A DNA stretch of 64,000 bases from contig OY970194.1 of NCBI GenBank assembly GCA_963708075.1, positions 5,248,001-5,312,000 of the forward strand. The letters run 5' to 3'. The notes under the pieces were generated by a model. It had not been told where the DNA came from. It saw only the letters and a program-made list of their open reading frames with translations, and made no database searches. Shown piece by piece: positions 1-10,890 of this stretch. Positions within the stretch are counted from its first letter, which is position 1, and each line of letters opens with the position of its first letter. The translations under genes were made by a program, and so were the position numbers. The DNA is from Sedimentisphaerales bacterium (GTDB lineage: Bacteria; Planctomycetota; Phycisphaerae; Sedimentisphaerales; Anaerobacaceae).

Positions 1-1204
1 GACTCCAGCCGGCGTTCGGCAGGCTCAGGTGCATGTCGTAGTAGCCGGGGTATCCCCCCTGCGTGGGAAGGCGTGGGAGGTCCGGCCGCAAGTAGCCGCT
101 CGGCATCCGGATCAGCGAGCCGTAATGGTTCTTTGCACACAGCGTCACGCCGGAAGAATGGCCCTTGAGGATGGCGAAGTTGATGATGTAGCGGGCCTCG
201 GCGAACGCCGTGGGCAGATAGTCCTGCCGCTTTCCGGCGGCCTGCGCCGTGCTCCAGTACAGCGGGATGTTCGAGAACTCCGCCCTGGTCCGGCCGGACC
301 CGCCGTAGTTGTCCAGATAATGCACGTTCGGGAATTCCGGATGCAGCATGTCCCAGTAAAAACTCGGGATCATGCCCGTCGGATCGCCGATGGTGATGTC
401 TTTTTGCTCGACGCCCACTATGCCGACCAATTGGCGCAGCAGGGCGAGGATCATCTGCGGCGAGTTGTCGGTCGTGTTTGCGACGCCGGCCTTCTTCACA
501 TAGTTGGTTGGACTGACACCGGTCCCGGCTGCATTGCAGGTGGTCAGATTGATTTTGACGGCGATTTTCTCACCAGGTTGATAGCCCGCGTCATCGTTGC
601 CCCGGCCGGCATTGAAGTATCTGAAAATGGCGTCCCAAGCCGGCGCGTCATCGTTGCAGCCCGCCACGCCCCGAACTGCCTGCGACATCATCTTCTCCAC
701 GACGGCCGCATTGGTGCAGTTGTCCTGCCACCAATGCTCGGGTGAATTGAAGCCGGCCCAGTCCGTCGCGTCCGGATCGTGGACCCAGACCACCCGCCCG
801 GGGTGAATCCCTTTCGCTTCGCCGATCGGGCCGTGGGGACCCCAGGGTCCGCTAGCCTGCGGCGTCACCGGATCGCCGAGCGACGCTACGCCAATGACGG
901 CAATCGTGACCCCTCCCAGGCATACCAGCACAGCAGGAGACTGCCTCAGCAGCCGCCTCACTCTCTGCGATACGGCAATCGAGCCAGCCAGGCCCACAAG
1001 CCAGATGACGAAGCCGGACGCCAGCGGCATGGCCACTCGCTGACAGGGATAACCGGCCCGCGATGGCTTCGGCACCACCCGAATCAGAAACCAGACCAGC
1101 GCCGACAGTCCCGCCGCCGGCAAGACCCACCTCGCCCAGGGGTATTTTGGCCGATATCCCGGGCATTCGCCCCCGCGATGTGATGTGGTCCCCTTTTCCC
1201 GCAT
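1..1204 (-). CDS. DUF362-domain protein with N-terminal membrane anchor (runs off left edge)
   Basis: Hand translation from ATG 1204 (AGGAGG upstream): MREKGTT...LVWFLIRVVPKPSRAGYPCQR...PIGEAKGIHPGRVVWVHDPDAT, motifs typical of this DUF362 subfamily; absent from ORF track, consistent with no stop inside the window. Confidence 0.75.
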   Translation of the reverse strand, partial: MREKGTTSHRGGECPGYRPKYPWARWVLPAAGLSALVWFLIRVVPKPSRAGYPCQRVAMPLASGFVIWLVGLAGSIAVSQRVRRLLRQSPAVLVCLGGVTIAVIGVASLGDPVTPQASGPWGPHGPIGEAKGIHPGRVVWVHDPDATDWAGFNSPEHWWQDNCTNAAVVEKMMSQAVRGVAGCNDDAPAWDAIFRYFNAGRGNDDAGYQPGEKIAVKINLTTCNAAGTGVSPTNYVKKAGVANTTDNSPQMILALLRQLVGIVGVEQKDITIGDPTGMIPSFYWDMLHPEFPNVHYLDNYGGSGRTRAEFSNIPLYWSTAQAAGKRQDYLPTAFAEARYIINFAILKGHSSGVTLCAKNHYGSLIRMPSGYLRPDLPRLPTQGGYPGYYDMHLSLPNAGWS

Positions 1205-1712
1205 GGTCGATTCCTCCTGGAAGTCCGACTATATCGGGCAGCCGGTACCCCGATTATACACCCACCGCCACAAGGATCATGAACCAATCGGCTGAAATAG
1301 CTCATTTCTTTCCCAGGTCCCGGTGCCGGTTTCCAGGGAATTGTCCTTGCAGGGACGCGGAGGAGGTGGTAGGATGGTGCCTGATAAACGTGCAGCGTAT
1401 GCCTTGACATCCCGGCGAGCTTTTTTCACGGTTTCACGCGGCGGGAATTACTATGTCGGGTCCAAGCTGCGGTAAGGCTCTCGCACCTCATTCATCTTGT
1501 CACACCGTAAGAAGCACGTGCAGGGCCTGGGAACAAGGGCGACGTGTACGGGCGGGTTTCAAACCCGCTCCTCCGTGAGGGGAGGCTCTTGTGGATTATC
1601 GCACACGGAATCATCTAGGGGCGGACGCAACGGGTCGTGGTGGGGGTCCGCCCGCTTCGCAGGCACCTCGTGTAGCAAGCATCACAACGCAATTCTTGAA
1701 AAGGAGGAACGT

Positions 1713-4337
1713 ATGACTAAGAGACTCGTGCTGGTGTTGTCCCTGGTCGTGCTGATGGGGGCCGGGGACGCCCTGGGGGAACTCGTGGGCTGGTGGAAAC
1801 TGGATGAGGGCGGGGGCACCAAGGCCCTGGACTCCTCCGGCAAGGGCAACGACGGGACGATTGTGAACAAGCCCACCTGGATTGACGGCGTCAACGGGGG
1901 GGCCCTGGAGTTCCATGGCTTAGGCCGCTCCGGTGGCGGCGGGGACTACATCAATTGCGGCACGAAGGCCATCCTGGACGTGCGCGGTCCGATCTCCATC
2001 GCCATCTGGTTAAAACCCGGCGCAGATGATCCGGAGGGAAAGGCCACTGAGACGGCGCCGATGGCCAAGGCAGATTCCGTCGCCGGCTGGAGCTGGCAGC
2101 TTCGGTACGGGTGGGGCGCCTCCAAGCCCTTCATGGGATTCCAATTCGAGGCGTCGCCCTCCACGGTCTGGGTCTTCGTCAACCAGAAGCTGGTGCGCGA
2201 CGAGTGGTGCCATGTCGCGTGCTCCCACGACGGCAAGACAGTGAAATGCTTCCTCAACGGAACGCAAACCGACTCGGCGGCGATGACCACCATCCTTGGC
2301 GAGACGGGCTCGCCCATACTGATCGGCTCGGACGGTTGGGGGTGCGACTGGATTGGTGCGATTGATGATGCCAGGCTTTACAATCACGGGCTCTCGGAGG
2401 CCGAGATCCAGGCCGCGATGTCCGTCGAGCCGATCCTGACGGCGTATTCTCCGTCCCCCCGGAACGGCGAGATGCTGATCGTGACGAAGACGACGCTCAA
2501 GTGGCAGCCGGGCGACAAAGCCACCGCCCATGAAGTCTACTTTGGGGAGAGCTTCGAGCAGGTCAGTGCGGCCACGACGGCGGATACGGCGGTATTCCTT
2601 GGCAGGCAGACGACAGCGGAGTTGGCCATCGGCGCCGCCGGCAATCTCATCCCCACGGCTCTGGTTCCTGGAAAGACCTACTATTGGCGCATCGATGAGA
2701 TCAACGGCGAACAGGTCTTGAAAGGAAACGTCTGGAGCTTCTGGATTCAGCCCGTGACCGCGTGGAAACCCTTCCCCGCGGATGGCATGAAGTACGTCGA
2801 TCCGAACCAGGACCTGAGCTGGGAACTCGGCATGGGCGCGGTCTACCACACGATTTACTTCGGTCGAACTTTCGACGAGGTCAGTGCCGCCACCGCAGGC
2901 GGCGCACCAAGTATAGCGGCTTCCTTTGACCCCGACACGCTCGCGCTGGACACGACGTACTACTGGCGAGTCGACGAATTCCAGTATGTACTGCCCACGC
3001 CTATCACGCATAAGGGCCCGGTCTGGAGCTTCACCACGCGCGGCGCCGGCGGCGGCGCCAAGGCGCAGTACTTCAAGAGCATGGATCTCTCGGGCGCGCC
3101 GGTGCTGACCCGGATCGAGGGCACGATCAACGTCGACGCGACAGGCGAAGTCGTTGCCGGCCTCAGCGACAACCTCTCGGCCCGCTGGACCGCTAACCTG
3201 GAGGTCCCGTTCACGGAGACGTACAGGCTCATCACCACCACCGATGACGGTGTCAAACTCTGGCTTGACGGCCGCCTGATCATCGACAACTGGACCGACC
3301 ATGGCACTACCGACGATTCGGCCTTGGTCAGTCTCGCGGCGGGACAGGTTTACTCCCTCCGCATGGAATGGTATGAGAACACCGTCGGCGCGGTGGCGCA
3401 GTTGTCTTGGGAGAGTGCCACCCTGCCACGTGCGATTCTCCCGCAAGGCTGGCTGCAGTTGCCGGTCCGGGCCGCCGGTCCGTACCCGGCCAATGCGGCT
3501 GTGGATGCGCCTCAGACGCCGATGCTTCGCTGGATCGCCGGGGAAAAGGCTGCCTCACAGGAGCTCTACTTCGGCGAGGACAAGGACGCCGTGACCACCG
3601 GGACCACCCCGACTGCCCGCCTCGGAGCGGCCGACACGACCTACGATCCGGGCGCTCTGCAGTGGGGCAAGACCTACTACTGGCGGGTGGATGAGGTCAA
3701 CGCGGCCGACGCCGAGAGTCCATGGAAGGGCGTCACGTGGAGCTTCACGACCGCCGACTTCCTCCTCGTCGATGACTTTGAGAGCTACACCAACGAGGTC
3801 GGCGAGAGGGTCTTCCAGACGTGGCTGGATGGCTATGGATACACCGAGCCCAAGGAGGTCCAAGGCAACGGCACGAATGCTCTTGTCGGCTATGACCCGT
3901 CGGCAGGCGATATCATGGAAACCACGATCGTCCACGGCGGCGGACAGTCCATGCCGATGGACTACAATAACGTGATCTCGCCATACAAGTCGGAGGCCGA
4001 GCGCACCTGGTCGACTCCACAGAACTGGACGGTGAACGGCATGAATACGCTCGTGCTGTTCGTCCGCGGCACAGGAGGCAACGGCGTGGATCAGTTGTAC
4101 GTCGCAGTTCAGGATAATGCCAACCATGTCGGCGTGATCAACCATCCTGATGCCGCCGCCGTGAAGGCGACGAAGTGGCTGGAGTGGAAGATTCCGCTCA
4201 GCCAGCTCACGTCCGCCGGCGTCAGCGTCACGACCGTCAAGACGATGTATATCGGCGTCGGCGACCGCACCAGCCCCAAGGCGGGTGGCGCCGGGACCCT
4301 TTACATCGACGACATCCGGGTGATCAAGTCCCCGTGA
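1713..4337 (+). CDS. Secreted LamG-like jellyroll + PA14 + repeated Ig-like (YYWRVDE) modular protein
   Basis: AAGGAGG then ATG 1713; signal peptide; LVGWWKLDEG/IDDARLYN (LamG), TDDGVKLWLDG (PA14), three YYWR(I/V)DE modules. Confidence 0.85.
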   Translation: MTKRLVLVLSLVVLMGAGDALGELVGWWKLDEGGGTKALDSSGKGNDGTIVNKPTWIDGVNGGALEFHGLGRSGGGGDYINCGTKAILDVRGPISIAIWLKPGADDPEGKATETAPMAKADSVAGWSWQLRYGWGASKPFMGFQFEASPSTVWVFVNQKLVRDEWCHVACSHDGKTVKCFLNGTQTDSAAMTTILGETGSPILIGSDGWGCDWIGAIDDARLYNHGLSEAEIQAAMSVEPILTAYSPSPRNGEMLIVTKTTLKWQPGDKATAHEVYFGESFEQVSAATTADTAVFLGRQTTAELAIGAAGNLIPTALVPGKTYYWRIDEINGEQVLKGNVWSFWIQPVTAWKPFPADGMKYVDPNQDLSWELGMGAVYHTIYFGRTFDEVSAATAGGAPSIAASFDPDTLALDTTYYWRVDEFQYVLPTPITHKGPVWSFTTRGAGGGAKAQYFKSMDLSGAPVLTRIEGTINVDATGEVVAGLSDNLSARWTANLEVPFTETYRLITTTDDGVKLWLDGRLIIDNWTDHGTTDDSALVSLAAGQVYSLRMEWYENTVGAVAQLSWESATLPRAILPQGWLQLPVRAAGPYPANAAVDAPQTPMLRWIAGEKAASQELYFGEDKDAVTTGTTPTARLGAADTTYDPGALQWGKTYYWRVDEVNAADAESPWKGVTWSFTTADFLLVDDFESYTNEVGERVFQTWLDGYGYTEPKEVQGNGTNALVGYDPSAGDIMETTIVHGGGQSMPMDYNNVISPYKSEAERTWSTPQNWTVNGMNTLVLFVRGTGGNGVDQLYVAVQDNANHVGVINHPDAAAVKATKWLEWKIPLSQLTSAGVSVTTVKTMYIGVGDRTSPKAGGAGTLYIDDIRVIKSP

Positions 4338-4362
4338 CGCAGTAGGTAGAAGACCCAGGAAT

Positions 4363-4408
4363 GGAACAGGCCGCCTGGACAAAGCCTCCAAGCGGCCTGT
4401 TCGTTTCC
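4363..4408 (+). terminator. Probable intrinsic terminator
   Basis: Stem GAACAGGCCGC...GCGGCCTGTTC followed by GTTT just after the LamG gene. Confidence 0.55.
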
Positions 4409-4492
4409 ACGAACCAGCAAGATCGCAGGATAGTCCATTCTTGACCTTCACCGCTCTGCTTTTCTCAGCTCTGGTAGCAAATCCGTAGCGCC

Positions 4493-4573
4493 GGGTGGCC
4501 GCGGCAAGCGCCGCTTACCGGTGGTTTGCCCCCTTCGCCATCGGCAAAGCCTTCGGCCTTGCCGCTGCCACCC
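4493..4573. repeat. GGGTGGC...GCCACCC palindromic REP-like repeat, family A
   Basis: Near-identical ~80-95 bp copies at 22298-22379, 25201-25280, 29911-30005; partial copies near 12690-12724, 33200-33240, 37011-37070. Confidence 0.8.
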
Positions 4574-4837
4574 AATGTCCGGAGCCATGGGTTTGAATAC
4601 CTGCGTGCCATGATCACGCGTGGCAAAGGACGCGTCAGAATCAGTGAGGCGCAAATCCCTGAATTTCCGCAAGGAAAAGCCGGTACTTCGGCCGGCGCAC
4701 GCCATTTTCGCTGTCGAAATGACACTCTCCCGACTCCACCGGAAGACACCCCCTCCCGGGCCCGTTGTCGCAGGCCCGGGGATTGGATACACTAACGTGC
4801 TTCGCAGGAGCGCTTGCCCAAAGGAAGGGGTGAGAAT

Positions 4838-5596
4838 ATGACGGAAACGCATCATGCACTGCGGCTGGACGGGATTCGCGAGACGGTCCGGGCCCCGCTG
4901 AGGCTGCTGGTTGACCAGCTTCACGGGGGCCTGCACGACAACCTGCGCAGCGTGACGGTCGTCGGCAGCAGCCTGACGGAGGACTTCAAGCCCGGCGTCA
5001 GCGACATCAACACGATTATCGTCCTGGACAGGCACAGCACGCCGGCGCTGGCGCTCGTCGCCTCGCTGGCCAAGCCGCTGCGCAGGCAGGGGCTCGCGGC
5101 CCCGCTGCTGGTGACCGCCTCCTACATCGAGCGGTCGCGCGACGTCTTCGGCGTCGAATTCCTCGATTTTCAACTGGTCCACGAGACGATCTTCGGCGAC
5201 GACCCGTTCGCGGCGCTGAGCTTCGAGAAGGACAACGTCCGGCTCCAGTGCGAGCGCGAGCTCAAGTCGATGCTCGTGAAGATGCAGCAGGGCTACCTCG
5301 TCGCCGGCGGCGAGCCGCGACTCGTGCGCGAGGAGGTGATCGCCGGGGCCAAAGAGCTGGCGCCGCTGCTGCGAGCCATGCTGTGGCTCAAGGATATCGA
5401 GCGACCCAGGACGATGACCGCATCGCTGCGCAAGGCGGCGGAGCAGTTCAACGTCGAGCTGGATGCGGCGATTGAAGCAGACCGGTGGCGGCAGGAGAGA
5501 CGACGGCTGACGGCCGCCGAGGTGGAGGCCGGCTTCGAGGACGTGTTCGCCGCCGTGGAGAACCTGAGCCAGGTTATTGATGATTTCGAGTTGTAG
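4838..5596 (+). CDS. Nucleotidyltransferase-fold protein
   Basis: VVGS...SDINTIIVL (Pol-beta-like GS..D motif); first gene of LemA/TPM cluster. Confidence 0.7.
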   Translation: MTETHHALRLDGIRETVRAPLRLLVDQLHGGLHDNLRSVTVVGSSLTEDFKPGVSDINTIIVLDRHSTPALALVASLAKPLRRQGLAAPLLVTASYIERSRDVFGVEFLDFQLVHETIFGDDPFAALSFEKDNVRLQCERELKSMLVKMQQGYLVAGGEPRLVREEVIAGAKELAPLLRAMLWLKDIERPRTMTASLRKAAEQFNVELDAAIEADRWRQERRRLTAAEVEAGFEDVFAAVENLSQVIDDFEL

Positions 5597-5598
5597 GC

Positions 5599-6456
5599 AT
5601 GCGCCGGAACCTGCTGATACTATCGGTCGCCACGATGTTGCTGGCCGCACTGGCCGCCGCGAAGCTCGCCGTGCCGGACCTGCCGATGCCCCAGGAGTAT
5701 GTGGACGATCTCGCCAACGTCATCAACCCCGAGCACAAGCAGGCCCTCCTGGGCATCCTGCAAGAGCTGGAGCAGAAGACCGGCGTCCAATACATCATCC
5801 TGACCGTCGAGACCACCGGCGGCCTGCCCATCCAGGACTTCTCGATCGAGCTGGCTCACAATCGATGGAAGCTCGGCCAGAAGGATAAGGATAACGGGCT
5901 GCTGTTCACCCTGGCCCTTAAAGATCGGGCCTACTGGTTTGCCATCGGTTACGGCCTGGAAGGCGTCGTTACCGACGCATTCGCGGGGCAGGTCGGGCGA
6001 GACGTGCTCGTGCCTTACCTCAAGAAAGGGCAGTACAGCCAGGGCATTTACGAGGCAAATCTGCGGGTCATACAGCGGATTGCCCGGGAGACAGGCGTGC
6101 AACTGAGCGGCATGCCGACGCTGCCGCCCGAGCCGACAGCGTACAATAGTTCCGTGCTCGGGCAACGCAGAGGGCCAACGTGCTGCGTGTGCCCGTGCTG
6201 CGGCCTCCTGGTTCTGCTGATTCTGTTCATGATGTTCTTTGGCGGCCGAGGCGGGCGCGGGGGCAGAGGCTGGTGGTGGTTGTTCCTGCTGCCATTCCTG
6301 TTCAACCGCTCCCGCGGCTATGGTCGCAGGCGGCCTTATGGTCCCTTCGGGGGCGGCTACGGCGGGTTCGGCGGGGGCATGCGGGGCGGGTTCGGACGCT
6401 TCGGCGGGGGCGGAGGGGGAGGATTCGGCGGCGGTGGCGCCGGCGGACGATGGTAA
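5599..6456 (+). CDS. TPM-domain (YgcG-like) membrane protein
   Basis: YVDDLANVI, WKLGQKDKDNGLL, GYGLEG motifs, TM helix, Gly-rich tail ending GGGAGGRW. Confidence 0.9.
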   Translation: MRRNLLILSVATMLLAALAAAKLAVPDLPMPQEYVDDLANVINPEHKQALLGILQELEQKTGVQYIILTVETTGGLPIQDFSIELAHNRWKLGQKDKDNGLLFTLALKDRAYWFAIGYGLEGVVTDAFAGQVGRDVLVPYLKKGQYSQGIYEANLRVIQRIARETGVQLSGMPTLPPEPTAYNSSVLGQRRGPTCCVCPCCGLLVLLILFMMFFGGRGGRGGRGWWWLFLLPFLFNRSRGYGRRRPYGPFGGGYGGFGGGMRGGFGRFGGGGGGGFGGGGAGGRW

Positions 6457-6477
6457 CTGCACATTGGGGGGTCGGCA

Positions 6478-7146
6478 ATGTTCCAGGCAAAAGCAAAGGC
6501 GAATGGCGCCGGGCAGGCGGCCATGCTGGCCGTCATGATCATCGCAATCGTCGCGGTTCTGGTTGTGATAGGCTTCATCTTCTTTGGCGTATACATCCGC
6601 GGCTACAATCACGCCATCCGACTCGACCAGGCAGCCAACGAGGCTTGGGGAAATGTGGAGGCGCAGCTCCAGCGGCGCTTCGATCTCGTGGGCAACCTCG
6701 TCGAGACCGTCCGGGGATACGCCACGCAGGAGAAGGAGATCTTCGAGACTGTCGCTCAGGCGCGCACGAAGTACTTCCAGGCGGAGAAGGCCGGCAACAT
6801 CGCGGGGCAGATCGACGCATCCAACCAGTTGGGCGCGGTGCTGTCGCGGCTTCTCGTGCTCCGCGAGGCCTATCCCGAGCTCAAATCCAACCAGAACTTC
6901 CTGGCCCTGCAAGACCAGCTTGAGGGCACGGAGAATCGCATCGCCGTCGCTCGCACGAGGTACAACGAAGCCGTCCGGGAGCTGAACACCTACGTCAAGT
7001 CCTTCTGGGGCTCCTTCTTTGCCGCCCGGGCCGGGGTCAAGACCAAGCCGCCTTTTGAAGCCGCTGAGGGCGCCCAGACCGCCCCAAAGGTGGACTTCTC
7101 CCCCAAGGCCCCTGCCCCCGTCCCGGCGCCACAACCCGCCCCGTAG
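6478..7146 (+). CDS. lemA: LemA family protein
   Basis: QLQRRFDLVGNLVETV, EAYPELKSNQNFLALQDQLEGTENRIAVAR. Confidence 0.95.
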   Translation: MFQAKAKANGAGQAAMLAVMIIAIVAVLVVIGFIFFGVYIRGYNHAIRLDQAANEAWGNVEAQLQRRFDLVGNLVETVRGYATQEKEIFETVAQARTKYFQAEKAGNIAGQIDASNQLGAVLSRLLVLREAYPELKSNQNFLALQDQLEGTENRIAVARTRYNEAVRELNTYVKSFWGSFFAARAGVKTKPPFEAAEGAQTAPKVDFSPKAPAPVPAPQPAP

Positions 7147-7296
7147 GGGTGTGCGCGTTCAGCTTGAGAAGGTACCATTATGGGTGGCTGGGCAGACGGG
7201 TTTGCCCATGCCACCCTGCCTTGTGTTTGCCCAGGCTGACCAGGGACAGGCCGCAAGCCTTGGCGATGTGTTTCTCCTGGATGGAAAGGAGCTGAC

Positions 7297-7452
7297 ATGC
7301 CGGAGCCGGCAGATACGCCGAACGTGTATGAGGCCATGCCGGGGGTGTTCACTCGCCTGCCGGCACAGCTCGGGGTGCAAGTCGAGCTCTATTATGCCCG
7401 CTTCGCCGACGCCGGCCACGCCCAAGTGACCTTCGAGCGCATCGCCGTCTGA
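7297..7452 (+). CDS. Small ORF (51 aa), possibly a gene remnant
   Basis: AAGGAG 6 nt before ATG; MPEPADTPNVYEAMPG...FERIAV; below ORF-track cutoff. Confidence 0.3.
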   Translation: MPEPADTPNVYEAMPGVFTRLPAQLGVQVELYYARFADAGHAQVTFERIAV

Positions 7453-7922
7453 GCAGGCAGCAGTACAGGTACGGAGAACCTGTTCCGTCTCCATGATCAG
7501 CCTGGAGGGGTGCTTCATGCCGAATGGAGACGTGCCAAGATGTCCTCAGAAATGATGATCCTGAACCCTTATTGACGCGGCCCGAGGAAACGCTAGCGTT
7601 GGTGATATACGGAGACTGCATCTGTAACCCGCTTGTTCCTGACGGAGCAATTACTGGGGGGACGAATCGCTTGCAAGCAGAGCTATTTTGACGGTGAAAA
7701 GCACGGCCGTCACCGATGTCTGACGATTGGTTCTGAAAGGAGACTGTTTCCAGGTCTCGGGAAGCTGCTCGCTACTGTCCCGTGATGCCTTCATTTGCAG
7801 AGTGTCGGCATGGTTCAGTGGCAGTGGGTGCGGGAATGCTCTGCGCGTACATGCTCCACTGCCGTGGATTATTGCCGTTGTTTGGTGCAGTGCTGAGAAC
7901 ATCTGGAGAAAGGAGCAGAGAC

Positions 7923-9074
7923 ATGAAGTGTACATGGATTGCCATCGCCCTGGCATGTGTCTTGAGCAGCCCGTTGTTTGCGCAAGAGCCGATGCCCTGC
8001 GTGGACGTGGTGCTCATCGTCGACGAAACCTGCAGCATGCAGCCCCAGGAGGCGTACTACAACTGGCTGGCGACCACGGTCGCGGCGCTCCAGTCGGACT
8101 ACCAGGCTGCCGGTGTGGGCAACAGCCCGGGTTATCCTAACAGGTACATTCTGGTGGGGTTTGGATCCTCCATTCATGGGGCCGGGCCGTGGGCTCATTT
8201 TCATGGCGGCTGGATGGATGCTCCATCCATGGTGACGAACATCAACACGACGCTCGCCGCTTGCGGGTGCAACGGGGATGGCTACCAGGCCATCGAGAAC
8301 GCCTTGACCCAGCTCACCTTCCGCAGGGGCGCGTTCAGGGCCATCATCCTCCTGACCAAGGAGGATCGGTACGTTCTCGATCCCGTGACCCGGCAGGACA
8401 TTCTCAAGATGCTCGGGGGCAAGGCCAACGCTGCCAGGAGCCAGGAGGCCACCCTTAACGGAGTGGTCAACGCCTTCTTTGAGACAGGCAAACCAGACCA
8501 GGATCTGGCCGACGTGCTGGGTGTCAACTGGGACGGCACCGCCTATATCCCCGCCGGCGGGGACAAGTACTATGTGGTTCCCGGCGGCTACTTCGACTTC
8601 GGCGACGGGAACACCAAGATGGACTATGTGGAGCTGTGCTGGCTGGATCGGGGCTCGGCCTGGAATATCTGGCAGATCTGGTGGAATGGCCCTGCACTGA
8701 CGGATGCCCTTACCGACGTGAAGGTCGGGGAGCTCAAGCCGGTCGTCGAGACGAACGGTGCTGAGCCCCATGCGACCTGGTTTCGGGGTTTGGCAAACTG
8801 CCAGTACGATGGCGGTCAACTCTGCTGGTTCTGGTTCGAGTACCGCGAGGCCGGCTCTCTGAGCTGGAAGAGGTCCGTCGAATGGTTCCCCACGTTTACG
8901 GGGGACTGGTTTACAGACGAGATCAGAGACCTGAAGCCGGACACCGATTATCTCATCCGTGCCTGGGTGAGGAATTCGGTGATGTCTGCCGTGGGCGCGG
9001 CTTGGACAGTCCGGACCCTGCCCGCAGGCACTCCCGATCCTGCCCCACGGAAGAACGGCTGGAACAACGGGTAG
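7923..9074 (+). CDS. Secreted vWA-like domain protein with C-terminal FN3-like region
   Basis: AAGGAG RBS, signal peptide, DVVLIVDETCSM (MIDAS-like), LKPDTDYLIRAW (FN3-like). Confidence 0.7.
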   Translation: MKCTWIAIALACVLSSPLFAQEPMPCVDVVLIVDETCSMQPQEAYYNWLATTVAALQSDYQAAGVGNSPGYPNRYILVGFGSSIHGAGPWAHFHGGWMDAPSMVTNINTTLAACGCNGDGYQAIENALTQLTFRRGAFRAIILLTKEDRYVLDPVTRQDILKMLGGKANAARSQEATLNGVVNAFFETGKPDQDLADVLGVNWDGTAYIPAGGDKYYVVPGGYFDFGDGNTKMDYVELCWLDRGSAWNIWQIWWNGPALTDALTDVKVGELKPVVETNGAEPHATWFRGLANCQYDGGQLCWFWFEYREAGSLSWKRSVEWFPTFTGDWFTDEIRDLKPDTDYLIRAWVRNSVMSAVGAAWTVRTLPAGTPDPAPRKNGWNNG

Positions 9075-9234
9075 AGTCCGGCGGTCCGCACTTTCCGCTT
9101 GAAACGGGTGCGGTCGGCCTTCGGTGGCGGATTCGGATTCCAGCCGACACAAGAGCGCAGCCCAGTCTTCTTTCGCCCCTACAGGGCTTTGAGATAGGAT
9201 TGACTATCGTACCCACCGTTGAAACGGTGGGCTA

Positions 9235-10380
9235 AGTAGGTAGCCAAAAGTTTTCACAGGAACGATTCTCTTCGCGTGTATGATGGGGTACATGCGAAGA
9301 ACGAAGAGCGCCTCAGAACGTGGTTTCGATCGATATGATAAACATCGTCTTACGCGGGCCTTACAGGGGGTCGCTGACATTCGCACCTACCGGCGTATCG
9401 GAGCGATCCTGTTGGTGGCCCAGGGTCGGACGGTTCCGGAAGCAGCGCAGATCACCGGGACCCGGCCGTGGAGCGTCTATCGCTGGGTGCGGGCCTATCT
9501 GCACACCCATTGTCCAGACCGCCTGCAGGACGCACCGCGTTCCGGACGGCCTCCGGTCGCCACGCCGATCACGGACGCCCGTCTGGTACGCGAGTTCCGC
9601 CGGGACCCGATGCGTTTGGGCTATCGCGCCACGGGTTGGACGGTGTCCTTGCTGGCAGATCACCTCCAGCAAAGGTACGGGTGTGCAATCTCGCCTCGTA
9701 CCCTGCGGCGGCGGATGCGGGACTTGGATCTGCGGTGGAAACGTCCCCGGTATGTCTATGCGACCAAGGACCCGAACCGAGCCCAGAAAAAGGGGGCCTG
9801 GTTCGCCGCCTGAAACGGATGCCGGCGCGGGCGGTGCTGTTGTTTTCGGATGCGACCATCCTCCGCTGGTTTCCGCCCTTGCGCTATGTGTGGGCGTTTC
9901 GCGGCGAACAGGCGCAGGTCAAGATCACGGGGCAAAACGACAAACGGGTTCTGTTCGGCACGATCAATCCACGAACCGGACACCGGGTGGTCCTGCGTCG
10001 GCCCCGCCAGCGGCAAGAGGACTTTCAAGCCTTCCTGCGGGAGTTGCGGCGACGGTATCCCGGACGCCCGATTTGGCTGTTGCTGGACAAGGCCTCTTTT
10101 CATCAGGCGATCAAAAGCCAACGACTGGCCACCCACTTGGAGGTGACCCTCTTGTGGTTGCCGAAGCAGTGCCCGGAACTGAACTCTCAGGATCATCTCT
10201 GGAAGGAGTTGAAACGGTTGATTGCGGCCAATCGCCAGTTCCAAACGATTGATGATGAGGCGGCCTACGCGGAACAGTGGCTCTTGGGACTAACTGCGAC
10301 CCAGGGCCTCCGCAAAGCCGGTGTCTTGTCGGCGGATTTCTGGCTCAAGGCTTTTGTGTGAAGACTTTTGGCTACCTACT
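9235..10380 (+). mobile_element. IS630-family insertion sequence
   Basis: IRs AGTAGGTAGCCAAAAGTTTTCACA / TGTGAAGACTTTTGGCTACCTACT (1 mismatch); TA at 9233-9234 and 10381-10382. Confidence 0.95.
9280..10361 (+). CDS. IS630 transposase, two ORFs joined by a -1 frameshift
   Basis: ORF1 HTH (DAPRSGRP, WKRPRY); ORF2 DDE (FSDA, LLDKASFH, PELNSQDHLW); AAAAAGGGGG near 9787-9796. Confidence 0.9.
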
Positions 10381-10708
10381 TAGTGTCGATCGCCCCCGTG
10401 GGGCGGACGGGCCGACGCAAGAGCACTGGGGCGCAGTCCAGGCTCGAAGGGCGATAGAGAATAGCTGCAACGCCTGCGGGATGGTCATCGACCCGTCCGG
10501 GCGCAGTTCAAGCCCGCAGGGCGATAGAGAATAGCCCAGCGATTGATCGCTGGGGAACCGGGGCCGAGGACAAAAGCCAATCCCGTAAGGGACGAAAGAG
10601 GCACAGTCCGCACACGGCGGCTACACGCCGCCACCGAATTCCGACCACACCCCTTGAAACTGGCGGAGGGAATGGAAGGGTTGGAAGCTCGGCTTCCAGC
10701 CCTTCCTT

Positions 10709-10828
10709 ACGGATGACACCGAAGATCTGAGCTCGCGCACTGATTCCCTCGTCCGCGCCCGGGTGATGAACTCAGTCATATCCGCCGTGGATGCGGCCTG
10801 GACAGTCCGGACCCTCCCCAATCCTGCC
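10709..10828 (+). pseudogene. Diverged copy of the 3' end of the vWA gene
   Basis: Translates TDDTEDLSSRTDSLVRARVMNSVISAVDAAWTVRTLP versus TDEIRDLKPDTDYLIRAWVRNSVMSAVGAAWTVRTLP (8913-9023). Confidence 0.75.
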
Positions 10829-10890
10829 GTGCGTCCCGCGTCGAATTTTCCGCAGGCAGGTGGTTGACGTGGGGGCAGCAGCGGGACACT

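Larger units (their letters stand above)
9105..10650. repeat. Composite REP/BIME-like element interrupted by IS630
   Basis: 9105-9234 plus 10381-10650 match the reverse complement of 42050-42700; contains CCCACCGTTGAAACGGTGGG and CCCAGCGATTGATCGCTGGG palindromes. Confidence 0.85.

Noticed and set aside
8913..10828. DGR template/variable repeat pair
   Set aside because: Differences are not adenine-specific, many are synonymous, and there is no reverse transcriptase in the window
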